64,000 bases of DNA from Lingula anatina (lineage: Eukaryota; Animalia; Brachiopoda): contig CM120645.1 of assembly GCA_051362555.1 (NCBI GenBank), forward strand, positions 1,674,001-1,738,000. The letters are read 5' to 3'. This document shows, piece after piece, positions 1 to 13,051 of this stretch (the first letter of the stretch is position 1; each line of letters begins with the position of its first letter). A model generated the notes under the pieces. That model worked only from the letters and a program-made list of their open reading frames with translations. It was not told where the DNA came from and did no database searches. Made by a program: the position numbers and the translations under genes.

Positions 1-1219
1 TGAAAACATCCCTCTCTGGTCGGGGTAGATGGTTTCTACTAGTTACAAACCAAAAAATTCTTCTGGCATCTGTTCTTGTAAAACCTCAAGAATAATGAAA
101 CCTACTTGGCAAAATAGTCTGCCTCACTATCATCACACATAAAAAAAATCAACAAGAGTGCTTGCCACCAATTTTACATACATAAATAAACCAGTATTGC
201 TTATTGCACGATGTATATACTGAGAGCAAAGGGCATATTTTCTTTACACCGTTCAAAGTAAATGTCACCACAACTGTGTCCACAATACGAAAAACTGACT
301 TGAATCACAGAGCATGGAAAATATTTAAAAGCAGTTTTCCAGAATCATAAAATAAAGATAGGGACTTCTCTGCCCAGTAACTGAGCAAGAGTAAAATATT
401 TACTATGAACGTAACCCAGTATTTTTACAATGTATCATAAGCCAGCACCCAAACTATATCAAGTGCAGCAGTATTCTTATGCATACCACACAAGAGATTC
501 ATAGTTATTAAGGATACGTTTTTTCCAGGAAGAATGCAGAACCATAACAGTACATCAACTTATGGTTAATTAATATACAGAGTTGGAAACCATGTAATTT
601 ACCACACTGCCATTAAAACCAAAGAAGCACCTCTAATGATGATTGGTTGTAGTTGTAGAGTTCCTAGAATTTCTGGCCATTCCTAGAAACACTGTTGGGG
701 AGAAGACCTGGCTATACGGTAATATCTCACTATCTTCAGAAAGAAATATTTTATCATGCATCCAAAGACATTGCCTTCTTTTATGATTCTAAAACAAGGA
801 TAATTCAATTCTAAATAGTGAATTGCATGAAAACAAGTTCAAATATTCCGCTGTATTTTTGAATTTGTCTAGAAGTGATGCTTCTATAAATGATAAAATT
901 TGCACAATAGCTGATGTTTTAAATATCAGAATTATTACAACATGCAGTTCAGGACAATGGGATCATTAGTGGTATTCCATTATGGATAACGAGATCGTCT
1001 GCTCACAGTAATTTTACGTTATTGGTCACATTTGTATACTTTGACCTCACTAAGGACAATGGCACATTAGGCTGTCTAGCTGACTTATATTCTGTAAAAG
1101 AGATGGCTCACTTCACATTTTCTATATTTTTTTTCATTTTCACAGAACTGTTGAACAACTTGAGGAAAGTCAAATAAGATTGCCATGTAGTGTGAGGGCT
1201 GACAAGTAAAATGTTGCAC

Positions 1220-1375
1220 AACTGATGATTTAAGACGCAACCTGATTGGCCAAAAAGAGGAACAGTTACCAAACTGATGATTTAAGACACAATCTGATTG
1301 GCCAAAAAGAGGAACAGTTACCAAATTGATGACTTAAGACACTATCTATTGGCCAAAAAGAGGAACAGTTGATGA
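1220..1375. repeat. Minisatellite, ~52-bp unit x ~3
   Basis: Repeats of aactgatgatttaagac.caa.ctgattggccaaaaagaggaacagttacca. Confidence 0.85.
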
Positions 1376-2348
1376 GTGGCCTGAAGTGATAGATTTTTTA
1401 AACAAATTATTATTAAAAAAAATTGCATACATCTTTGTTAAGTGTTTCTAGTTAGATCTATCATATTTTTAAACAGGCATAAAACAAAAACATAAAGCCC
1501 CAAATCACACAAGGGGCCTCACTTAATATACCCCATGACTATGCAAAATCAACCACAAAAAACTGCAGATGACTCTAGGTGTCCACAATCAACATACACA
1601 GGATAAAGGATGTAAAGGTCAAACGTGTAGAAAATGAAAACAATATATTCTTTTCATATTACGCAACTGTGTTGGTTTTTGATATAAGTAAGTTTGATAA
1701 AACTGACAAAGATATGCCAGAGAGAGAAACAGAGAAAGAGTCTATTTTATAAGAGTTACATCATCAAATTAATAAGTAAACCAGTTCATAGAAATACCAT
1801 CTGCCTTGTCCTGACATAAATCTGAGCTCATGTTAGTATGTGTTGTCGCTTTGCCAAAGGCTGAAAATAATGTTTCCTCTAAAAAAATGAAAAATAGACT
1901 AAGCAGACTTCCTACACACTTGCTTCAACTGGTTGGCTGCTCCAGTTTACAGACTCCTGTGGTTTACCCATCTAGCCGCATTTCAAACTACACGTCTCAA
2001 ATTCAAAGTTGATTTTAAACCCTGGCTGAAATCAGGGCTGACATTATGCTATAAAACAAGGTGCAATAAGTACTTATACTTAGAAAATCAACTTGAAGAA
2101 TTTTTAAAGTTAAAAATTATATATAATGCTACATTTAAACAATTTAAAAAATACAGAAGACAGCCAATCTAATCATTCTGCTGACCTGCTTAATTCAATT
2201 GTGATAACCTCACCAAAGACAGCCAATCTAGTCACTCTGCTGTCCCACTCACTGTTATTTCCTCTCCCCGTAGACTGCTAATTTGTGGGTCTTTCCAGAT
2301 ATAAAATACAAAGTAAGGACTTGATGCAGGTCTCCTAACATAAGCTTA

Positions 2349-2522
2349 CTCGGGCAGATTTAGGCCATCTTCTGGGTCTTCTGGAAGATGGTCAGAATTT
2401 TTCAAGTTTAAATTGACAGCCATCTAATTTTTCTGTCGGAAGATGGTCAGGTCAAAAATTAAGGATGGATCAAAAAAGACAATTGGAAAGACTGTCAGAA
2501 AATATCTCTGGATCCGCCCCTG
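2349..2522. mobile_element. Degenerate short dispersed element (MITE-like); related copy at ~20064-20199
   Basis: Ends in ggatccgcccctg; shares tcttc.ggaaga...tctaatttt...gactgtcagaaaatatctct with the 20064-20199 segment. No clear TSD. Confidence 0.5.
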
Positions 2523-3971
2523 TGACTGACAAAGAGTTCACAAGAATCTTGAAGATAAAGCTGTCAGGGCAGATACTTTAATAGAGCGGTCTTGACAAAC
2601 AAAGCAAAAAGCAAAAAAAAAAAAAAAATTCAAAACAACCAAAGTTTGTCTTTATCTTATAATCTTTTTCATTTTCAATTTATGGTTTTCCTCACCAGTT
2701 CCTAATGCCCTTGATATCCAAAGTCAAGTTTATCTGAACTATCTGAAGTCCACCAGTCCATTATCAATGCATCCTTACAGTTTCTTCACAGCAAACTTAT
2801 TCATCATACCAACAGAACCATCTGTGAATTTCCAATTTCCTTGAGAATGCCAACTCCTACAGGTAAACACAGTCAATGGATCCAACTTGGTACAGATTCC
2901 TATTTTGTTGAGAGCATTGTATTTAAATAACCTTTCCTGGCTTGTTGGTGCTCTTTTCATCTATTTTCATATCACATCTATATCAGAGATGGCAAAGAGT
3001 TTTATGTTACTGTTTTTCATGGTGTCTTCAGCTGATATATATCTAGATCTAAATGTGAAAACTTTGACTCAGGAAAAGACTATTATACACACATCCTGGG
3101 TTTATCTACAACCTGAATAAATTCTGACTTCTCTTGTCAACATCCTTTCTCTGTCTTTTTCAATTTCCTTTAAAATGGTTACCGCTTTATTCACCAAAGA
3201 TACTTCCTGAGAATGGTAATTGCTCTTTACTACCATATATTTAATATATTCCTGATGCCTCTGTCCTTTTGTCTGCTGGGCAAAGGCATTTCTCATTTTA
3301 TGGACAACTTTTTGATAGATTACCTAATTAAAATATGTTAACTACTTAATTTTCATAAAATGATTCTTTAGAAACTGAATTTCTTACGAAACATATCAAA
3401 GTAATTACTTTTCAGTAAAATACAATTATAGTACTTTCAATCAACACTGAAAATTTAATGAAACATTTCTTTCCTTTTCTCTCCAATTTTATAAATATCC
3501 ATCAGGCAAATAAGACATTCCAGCTATCCTTGATCTTTCATCTTCTTATTCACATGATATTACATCAATAACAGCCGGCGTCATATGTCACCACACAGTG
3601 GGAAAATACCAAGTACATTTACCTGAAATGTCTCCTGCTCTTTACTTCTAAAATACCAGGTTTAGCCTAACATCACCAGTAACCCTTTTCCCCTCCAATA
3701 AAAACATTTACAGACAACTCTGTTGGAAGTGAGCATCTCCATGATTGACAGTAAGCCAGGTAAATAGCAGTGGTGCCTTGATCTCGTCAGTTTACAGAAT
3801 TATTATCATTGACATCATCATCATCATTATAACGTTACCATTATTATCACAAGCAACTATCACATAACCTGGTCCATTTACAGTCCTGTTCTGAGGGCTT
3901 AACTAAATATGCTCTATCTGTGAGCAAAAAAAAAAACAAACAAACAAAGATTTTAAACAAAACAAATTAAA

Positions 3972-4165
3972 TTATAGACAACGGAGGGATACATTTGGCT
4001 TTCTATGGTGATAACTTAGGCTATAGACAACATAAGGATTAGCTTGGCTTTCTATGGTATTAACTTAGGCTATAGACAACATAGGGATTAGCTTGGCTTT
4101 CTATGGTACTAACTTAGGCTATAGACAACAAAGAGATTAGTTTGGCTTTCTATAGTACTAAGTAA
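3972..4165. repeat. Minisatellite, ~49-bp unit x ~4
   Basis: Repeats of ctatagacaacata.ggattagcttggctttctatggta.taacttagg. Confidence 0.85.
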
Positions 4166-5948
4166 AGGTGTCACAAGTCAAGTAGAAATACGACCAAACT
4201 CCATACGGTGATCAAACAACTGGAAACCATTTCTATCTCAAATCTGATTGATTTGATTTATAGAAAAGAACCCCTAAATGCTAAAAAAAACTTAACTGTG
4301 AGCCCACTGAGTTCATCTTGCAATGGGTGTATTGTTACACAAAAGAAGCCAAACACACATAACATCAGTAATGAGAAAAGAGAACTCGACAAGGTATTCA
4401 AGGACATGGCAGGAAAACAATTGAGGCATACTAAGACATATACTCAGCACAGGGTGCTTCATTTATATTAGAAAAAATGATAAAAATAACCCAATCAGTA
4501 CTGAGTGCATTATACACATTTTATTTTTCCTCTTTGAAAAATGTATACATGGGTAAAACCACAATTAAAATTCATCCAGTATCAAATTGTATGTCTTCAG
4601 AAAATATGCAAATACACAAAAAAGTGACCTCTCTTCCAGTTCATTATTTCCAACATATCAAAATAACTAGCTTGAGTTTACATAGCGCAATAGCTGCTTC
4701 TATAAATTACATTTGGTCACCTAGCTATTTTTCAAAGAAACAGGAGAAATATGAGCTGGCGATGATGTACTACTAGTATTTTTAGCTTCATAAACCTAAA
4801 AATATTTTCTTTATGCAATAACAACAAAGTGCACAGAATGAACTGCACAGAAGGTGAGGGCAAAAAATCAAGGTTTCATTTTCTCTAGGTTCAGAAAAGA
4901 TGTGCAACAGATGGGTTATTTTAAACCTGGAATGATTTAAAGGTACCTCTTATTACAAGTTTACCAAATGATGTTACTGAGTAATTTAATGTCTGCACTA
5001 CAGTGGGGCATCTCAGTAATACCAGTCTTCGCACATATATAGTTATTGTATAAATACGCCTAAAGCCAAAGCTTAGTGTCACAGACAAGATAGTTCCTAG
5101 TATGATGAAGATCAAAGTCATTGTTATTAACCTCCAACTTAACTCTCATTAGAAAACACAGCCAACATGCAGCTACACAGTAGAATTCCACACGAAAACT
5201 GTCACAATTTTCCTGGTAATTTGCTTTTGAAGAATGAGGCAATTTTGTTCCAAGAATCCTATTATCTTTTTGACATTATCCGTCCCTTTGATGTTGGCCT
5301 AATTAATTCTAAACTACATTTCTTCATGGATGAGCATACAACTTCCTTTTTAAACCCTGACGACATGCAGCATCAATCAATGACTTCTACTAGTAGGGTC
5401 GATTCAAACTAGACTCAAATATACAGATATAACTTAGTAATTGTCTTTTTACATTTTTTATGCCCTTAAATCGAATAAAGTACAAATGATGTTGGCTCTG
5501 GCTTAAATGTGATGATTGCAATCAAGCCAATGGGCTCACAGCATGTTGTGTATATAGGAAGTTACTTCGGTCTAAAAATTCAAATCAAACGATTATTTGA
5601 TCTGAAAATTTCTCATATTGACTTATCCAGTCTATCTTTATCTAGTCTGGATTCACCATTTTGGTCTCTTTTTGTGACAGATTTAGATGGCATGCTAGAA
5701 CGTAATATCTACAGATGATGAAGATGTTTGTCAATTTTCATTCGCCAAAATGTCAACTTTGGCAATACCGGTCTCCCTCTTCTGTGGGGTCTTATACTAA
5801 TAAATCAGTTAAATCTGTTTCATTTAAATCTGTAATTTTTTAAATCTTAATATTGATTTTTACTATTGTTCTTCAAAGAAGTTAAATGATAAAACTGTTA
5901 AATGGTATAGAACTTAACAAACAAAAAATATTGATTAAATCCATCTTT

Positions 5949-5989
<41 letters not shown>

Positions 5990-7853
5990 TTATTTGCTAA
6001 AATCACAACCCAAAGGTTGAAGTTTTACAATGTGTCATAAATAAAGTCATAAGGTATTTAAAAGTAACTGAAAATTATAAACTAAAATACCAAAGCTTTA
6101 AAACAAGACTTATAAGACAGTTTGGAGCAGTATTTTATGTTCCTAAACTTATTGTTTTAACATTAAAATGGATTTCAGTATTTGTAACTTTTTAAAATTT
6201 TCAAGTGTTCCTTCAATTATTTCTAGAAAGATATATTTATACAAATCAAACAATTATAAAGAAATACAGGACAGAAAACATGAAAACATCAAACATGACA
6301 GCACTCTTATCTAATGAGAAATTGATCTGACAGCCATAAAAAGTGATTAAAATCAAAAGAGGTATACTTCAAGGACACTGTAAGCAAAACTAACCAACAA
6401 CTGTTTACAATTAGTCACATCCAACTGAGTCTATAATCATGCTGTCAGAATTGCTGTTTCCTCAGATTTTGAGGGTTAAACATACACGTATATGTCAATA
6501 GGGGCACCTGTCCAAAAACCTGAGATAACTAAGTTAACATGATGGGCTATTTGATTCAAAAGTCTTTGGGAAAATGCTGGATTGTCACCCTGGGTATTTG
6601 TGGGGATGGTTAAATGATGTATTGGGGGGGGGGGGGGGGGAGAGAGAGAATGGATGTACAAATAACATCTCACAGACATTGGGGGAGGGGGGGTTGGAGG
6701 GGCAGATGTGAAGACAACCCACCTAAAATATCTTCAACTCCGAAAAATTTATCCACATAAGAAAATACTAGTTACATGAAATAATATTTGCTCCTACCTA
6801 AAGCTTTGCTTCCTGAGCAGTGCTTCCTCCATCTATATACCAGTAACCCTAAGCACCTAGTCACCAAGAGATACCTGAGTGTACAACTGTTCCAGATTGG
6901 TCGGCTCCTGTTGCGTATTTATCAAATGATCTCTCCATGCCAACAAAATCACCTGGAAGAGCTGATAACGTGATTGGAGTGAAGGATTTTGTAGTTTCTG
7001 CCACTCCTGTGCACTTTTTCACAGCATGCATGCCTTGATAAAATCCATGAAAAACCACTCCCCCCACCCTCAAAAAGAAAAAAAGCCTTCTACTAGGATA
7101 ATTACCTGATAGAGGATGTTTTTGCACTCAGGATGAGACCCAGTTAGATCTACTGTCTTCATAATTTCCATATGGATCTCTCCACTGACAAATGTTGGCA
7201 TGTTAAATTTTGTGAACCACTGTACAATGCTTCCAGTATATACTTGTATATGCTTCCATCTGAGTGTTAAGTTGAAATTGTTTACAATATTCATTTTTGC
7301 AATCTACATCCAGAGACTTTTCTTAAAGCAAAAAAAAAAATATGATTTTTAACCTGCATAAGACTTCAACTATAACAATATTTTACAGACCAATTCCTGA
7401 TACCACCTAGTTTTGGAAGAATGTTTGAATTCTAAGAAGGGCAGTTCTAAGATAAATGTACCTCCTCTTGCACCTGTTAAATCATGCTAAGAACAAGCTG
7501 TTCAGGAATCTCTCAGTGAAACAAAAATTTGGTATCAAAAGATCACTTTTACAACCTAACAATTTAAGGCAATCTACACAAAAGTTAGGAAAAGGTCCCT
7601 TATATCAAATTCTCAAAGAGAAAATAGAAAAAAAAACAAAAAAATGTAGCAAACCAAACATGGCCCTCTACTAAGATGTGGTCCCTGCATGCAGTAATGC
7701 AATCTACTTTCCTTTCCTATGCAGTAGGAGCAAGAAAGTTTCAAACAGGCCCTATATCAACAAAATAAATTTAATGTAATCTTATCAAAAGCATATTTGT
7801 TTTCTAACCTGATGAAGTCCACATGTTCAAAGTAGACTGTATATCTCCTTTAA

Positions 7854-9019
7854 GGATGTAGATAACAGTAAATTGTCAAAATTTGGGTGTTTTTCTGAAT
7901 TTGTCAGTATTAGATAGATGAAATATCAACTACATATCAGCCTATCTTAAAATAATGGAAGTTTACAAATAAACCCGTAATTTTAGCCTAATTGCTGATT
8001 TACCCCTGTGGTAGCGTGTCTGAGTTTTAAAGTAGGTCACACTTGTCCATATATGTGTTTGATTGGCAGCTCCACTGTGCAGCTGTATATTTCCCGTACT
8101 AGATTGCTGCTAAGCCTTTCACATTCTGTGAGTAACGTCGCGCTTTCACTTGCCAAACAATACTTTTCATTTTGAATTTATCAGTGAACTTAATTCTGAC
8201 GATCTATTAAAGCTTTAAAAAGCAGACATATAGATGAGACATATATGGGCAAAGGCACTCCCCCTAGGTGTCACGTGGTGAAGAAGGCTGACGTCACGAC
8301 TAACATGGTGGCTGCTGTCAATACATGGAGGGGGCCTCCGGTTGAAAATGTTCAATAATAATGTTGAAAATGGATGAAAGACATAGTGACAGTTACATAG
8401 GCAGTGAGTAGAGGGCTGAACCAGTATAAATAACTAAATTTCTCAGCTTGCCAATGCAGCTCACTGATTATATAACGTTGGAATCTCCGGGGAGCACTAA
8501 AAGGCTGATTTCTCCGCTTCAGTTTATGGCTTCAAGAGAACAATTTAGACCAGTGTCAAAATTAATTAGAACTCTCAACCGATGAAAGCTGGTATTCATT
8601 CCTTAGATCTAAGGTTTGTCTGAAAGTATGTGTCTGGGATTTCATAACATCAGCTCCGTTTTCAACTTAGGCATGCTTTAGTTAGGCTAGGGGGTCTCGT
8701 TGAACTGGAAACCAAGTTTATTTTGATATCTCTGCTAATTTAACACATATCGCTAATTTGAGGCGCATTCTTGTTGATCCCTATGAGGGCTCACGAGTCA
8801 AGCTGTCTACACATGTCCATTTGTAGTGGACTTCTAGTTTTTAAGGTGTAAAGATCATGTTGAGCACACCTATTAAGCATTATATCTCATTACGTAATGA
8901 TTACATAATAAAATAAGGATATGAAATGAAGAGCTGTTGAAATAAGCTTTCTATTGATATGTAACATGTTGGTATATCTTGGCCGGTTTAGAAGATAGCT
9001 ACCCCTGTTATCTACATCC
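7854..9019. mobile_element. Non-autonomous Kolobok-like DNA transposon
   Basis: 15-bp TIR GGATGTAGATAACAG (7854-7868) / CTGTTATCTACATCC (9005-9019), TTAA on both sides. TTAA TSD with RR termini is the Kolobok signature. Confidence 0.8.
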
Positions 9020-10878
9020 TTAAATTATCCAACATATCAATCCCCAGGAACATGCAATCCTGTGCACTTTCAGAGGACACATTTGTCTGCTATTCTAAAT
9101 TCATCAACCTAATCACCAGGAGCGCCTGATAATGTTATCAGAGGAGACGAAGGTCTGGTTGCATTTTGATGGAGACCACATGCTCACAGCGAGACCTCCC
9201 CCACAAATTTACCCAGCATCCACTCTCACACCTGGACAATTAACTCGGCACCTGCTGGCTCCTTGCGCTGATCCAGAGCCCCTTGCTACTACACCTGTCA
9301 TCACCAAAATGCTGTAAAACAACCTGAATAGCTTTGCACTGGAAACTCTGCTGTCTTTTTCCTCCATGCCAAATCGGTCTCAAAATTGTTATCTCCAGCA
9401 AAAGTATGATTACAGCACTGTATTTTTCCAACACTTTCTGCCTTAACACAATATTAACATTTAAATTTTTACATGACCTATTTTTTTTTACACTAATTCT
9501 ACATTTCAGCCATATTAAGTGGTTAACTGTAGACTGTATTCCTCATCATGTCTATATATTCACACTATAAAATAACCTTGAAACCCTCATGATCACTTTT
9601 TTCAGTAAAGACCCTATAAATGTTCACCACAACATATTATACTAGTAAATAGGGGCATATGCTTTTCCAATATGCTACAATCATATACGTATTGCCATTA
9701 GCTGTCTAATGTCAAAATAGCCTGGCTATTCAGTTGTCTATATCTCACAGTGGACTGGTACATTTACATGTACCACCCGATATGAAAAGGGCGTAACATT
9801 TCCACAAACACAGTGTAGCTCTATACATATCACTGAACCTCCCATCCTCCATCTTTCTGATGAGATCCTGGGTCTCTACCATACTGTTTTTATTTTTCTT
9901 CACAATTATTACAGCATATTGCCATACTTTACCTTGTCCTATGTACAACCAGATACCATGTATTCAATGATCAGTAAAAGATTAAGTGTCTCAAGGACGG
10001 TGCCTTTAATTAATTTATTTTCTTCCTTTTTTTTTTGTTGTGAAGAACATGACAGAAATTTCACTTAGTGATACTTAGTTATACAATCACTTTATGAGTA
10101 AATGAGTCACAGAATTATTTAATATTTTGAAAGAGAAGAATAGATTCAATCAATAAAAAAAATTCTGGTCCTTGCAGGCCATGGTACAAAAAGCCATTTT
10201 CATGACTGATTGCTTGATAGGGTAATAACCAGGAAATAGAAGAAAATTTGCTGGTTCTATAATAAGAGCAAAGTGGATGTTTACCCAGTGGTTTTCCTTC
10301 CTCTAATTCCAACAGACCCACTATCATGTGAAACTCTTCACAGACAAATTCAAGGCTAATATCAACATTGGTAGTACTTCCTGTTCTAAAGATCATTTTG
10401 TTCAACAAGATAGTTCTATGGTCAAAATCAACATAGATTTTAGAGCAGTCTAAATGCTAATTTAAAAATGCTAGTCACCACGAACAGTCTCTGCATGATC
10501 TACATCAATCAACTTACCATTTTACAACAGTGTAGGAACTGGATAATACAACTGAAAGACTGCTGAATAAAGTGGAATGACTACATTAATTTTCATCACA
10601 GCTTCTCCAAAAGACCATCTTTCAATTAGAGCAAAGCACAGATAATACAGTAACATAGATCTAGAGTTATAAACACATGAATTAACTCTCACCAAAGGCA
10701 CCTACGTGAGAAATATAACTCACACCACTCATCCAATCTTCTTATCAAAACTTCATTTTCACAAGAACCAAACATATCTCTCACTAACAAATTCCAAATC
10801 AATTTGGTGACATTTCCAAATCAATAAAGTATACACAAATGACATTCTGTTCAAATGTCAACCAAGGTCATCCTCCCC

Positions 10879-11492
10879 CACCCTGAGCTTCAGAGCTAAC
10901 TTGACACTTACCTTTTCACTGTAGCCTATCTCCATCGTGTCAAGTAACCTCTGACCAGATTCGAGTGCCCCCGCCGCCCGCCAATCAAATTTAAAGCCCG
11001 CACTCAATGACTCATTGAACGATCTAGCCAATGAACGCGAACGAGTCAAAGCGCGCTTTGTTCAAATCCGGACCAATCAAAGATAAGGCTGAATATCAGG
11101 GACTTGCCGTAACCTGTGGGCAGCACGCAAAATACATCATCCCTCAGTAGATAATGATGCAGGGCATCATACTGCTCTGGTTTCAATTCCGATATACTCC
11201 ACGCTTTCTTTGTGTACGGTTATGCACTCGGAACCACTCGGAACTACTCGGATGTCTCCGCACTCGACAATAACTATGTTGTTGGTATGGAGCTTGCGGA
11301 ATCAGCCGAGGATTGCCGATTGACGATCAACCAATCAGCGTTTTCACCAAACTTTGGTGAAAAATTTTGAAACATGGATTCGATTGGCTTATATAAACTA
11401 GGTCAAACTATTTTCGTCAGAGGTTACTTGACACGATGGAGATAGGCTACAGTGAAAAGGTTAGTGTCAAGTTAGCTCTGAAGCTCAGGGTG
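10879..11492. mobile_element. Non-autonomous DNA transposon, ~76-bp TIR, 8-bp TSD
   Basis: TIR CACCCTGAGCTTCAGAGCTAACTTGACAC...; perfect TSD TCCTCCCC at 10871-10878 and 11493-11500. Confidence 0.9.
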
Positions 11493-12115
11493 TCCTCCCC
11501 TAAAAGATAATACATGGTGGCATTTCATTTTGTATAGAATTTATACCTCTTATTCATGATTAGTTAACTTTTTAGTATCTATAGGGGTATTATACATTAT
11601 TGAGGAGCAACATCCATTGGTTTTAGGTCTTATTATATTGCTTATTATATAACATGTTTAATAATAAATCTAAGTATATTGAATGATGGTAACACTGTGA
11701 AGCTCCTTAATACAAGATTAAATCATTGAGACATTTTGGACTTATCTAAACCTACCAGTAGATTAATGGCAGCTTTAATTACAGAAACTGCTGGAGAAGG
11801 AAACAGACTGCTTTCAGCCACACTGCACAATGACTTGGTTAAAAAGATGGCAAAACATATGTCACAAATGTATTTCTCACCAATGGAAGCCATTATAATG
11901 GCCTAGACCTTTCCTAAATTATAACAACAATATGTGGGACATCAAGAAGATTAGAATGTCTTCCTATATGGTTAGAAATCATAATCAACTTCCGTGGGTC
12001 AACCCAGATTAGACCAATTTTGAGGGTAAAATATTCCTGTCCCCTGGTTACACACCACTTGTGCTCAACAACAATGGTCATATTTGCGGGACATCAGAGA
12101 GATTAGGTTGGCTTA

Positions 12116-12290
12116 GGCCCCATTCAAAATAGGGGACTGACTCATCCAAGGGTCAAATATGGCTGACCCACTTGAATACTTCCCCACACAATATATATTC
12201 AGTTTCTATTAGCGGATTGCATGGCAAGCTTTATAGTGGGTCACCATATTTGACACTCGGACTAGTTAGTCCCCTATTCTGAATGGGGCC
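12116..12290. mobile_element. PIF/Harbinger-like MITE, family B copy 1
   Basis: GGCCCCATTC...GAATGGGGCC, ~45-bp imperfect TIR, TTA TSD. Confidence 0.85.
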
Positions 12291-13019
12291 TTACTATGGT
12301 TAAAAATTATAATTACATACTGTCCACTGATGTATCCAGCAGTGGAAAAAACCTTTATATATTTTGATGCAAAAACTTATCCTCATGTAACGACCCCTTG
12401 AGGAAAAACTCTTCTTGTATTGAATGTTACAAAGTAAACTGCCCATGCGAAAACGTGATGCTTGGTAGCTGGGGTTCCCATTAGTGCAACAAGGGTGTTT
12501 TATATGCATTTTCAAGAAAAATTACACCCACTTACTGATACACAACTGGCACTGACTGTAAAAGAATTCCCACATTTTTTCATCTGAGACCAAATTATTC
12601 TCGTGGTCTAAACTGTACTGCTGATCCGTATTATTGTAGGACTAACCGGCACCGTCAAGAAACTTTGTGCACTGAATGTATTCAAACAGAAGCTTACATA
12701 CAATACACTAATAATTCAATGAAGCTAGGAGTCCTGCAAAAATAATACGTCTTTGGGAAAATGAAAGATTAAAAACATAATTAAGGTTGAAGACTATTCA
12801 CATGATTTATAAGGGTAATTTTCTCACTGGTCAGCCTCAGGGGGATAAATCCATGTGCCAGGTCTTCAGGCAAGTTCACATAAGCCACAGACCAAGAGGG
12901 TCTGAATCGGTCATACCTGGGATAAGTACATATGCTAGACTTGAATTAAAGCCGGAAAATAATAATGGCTAAGATCAAGATAATCACTTACAAATTCTAA
13001 ACAGCTCATTTTTGCAACA

Positions 13020-13051
<32 letters not shown>

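Noticed and set aside
2775-3325. Two same-frame minus-strand ORFs that look protein-like
   Set aside because: Separated by several stops, no recognisable family, no convincing donor site.
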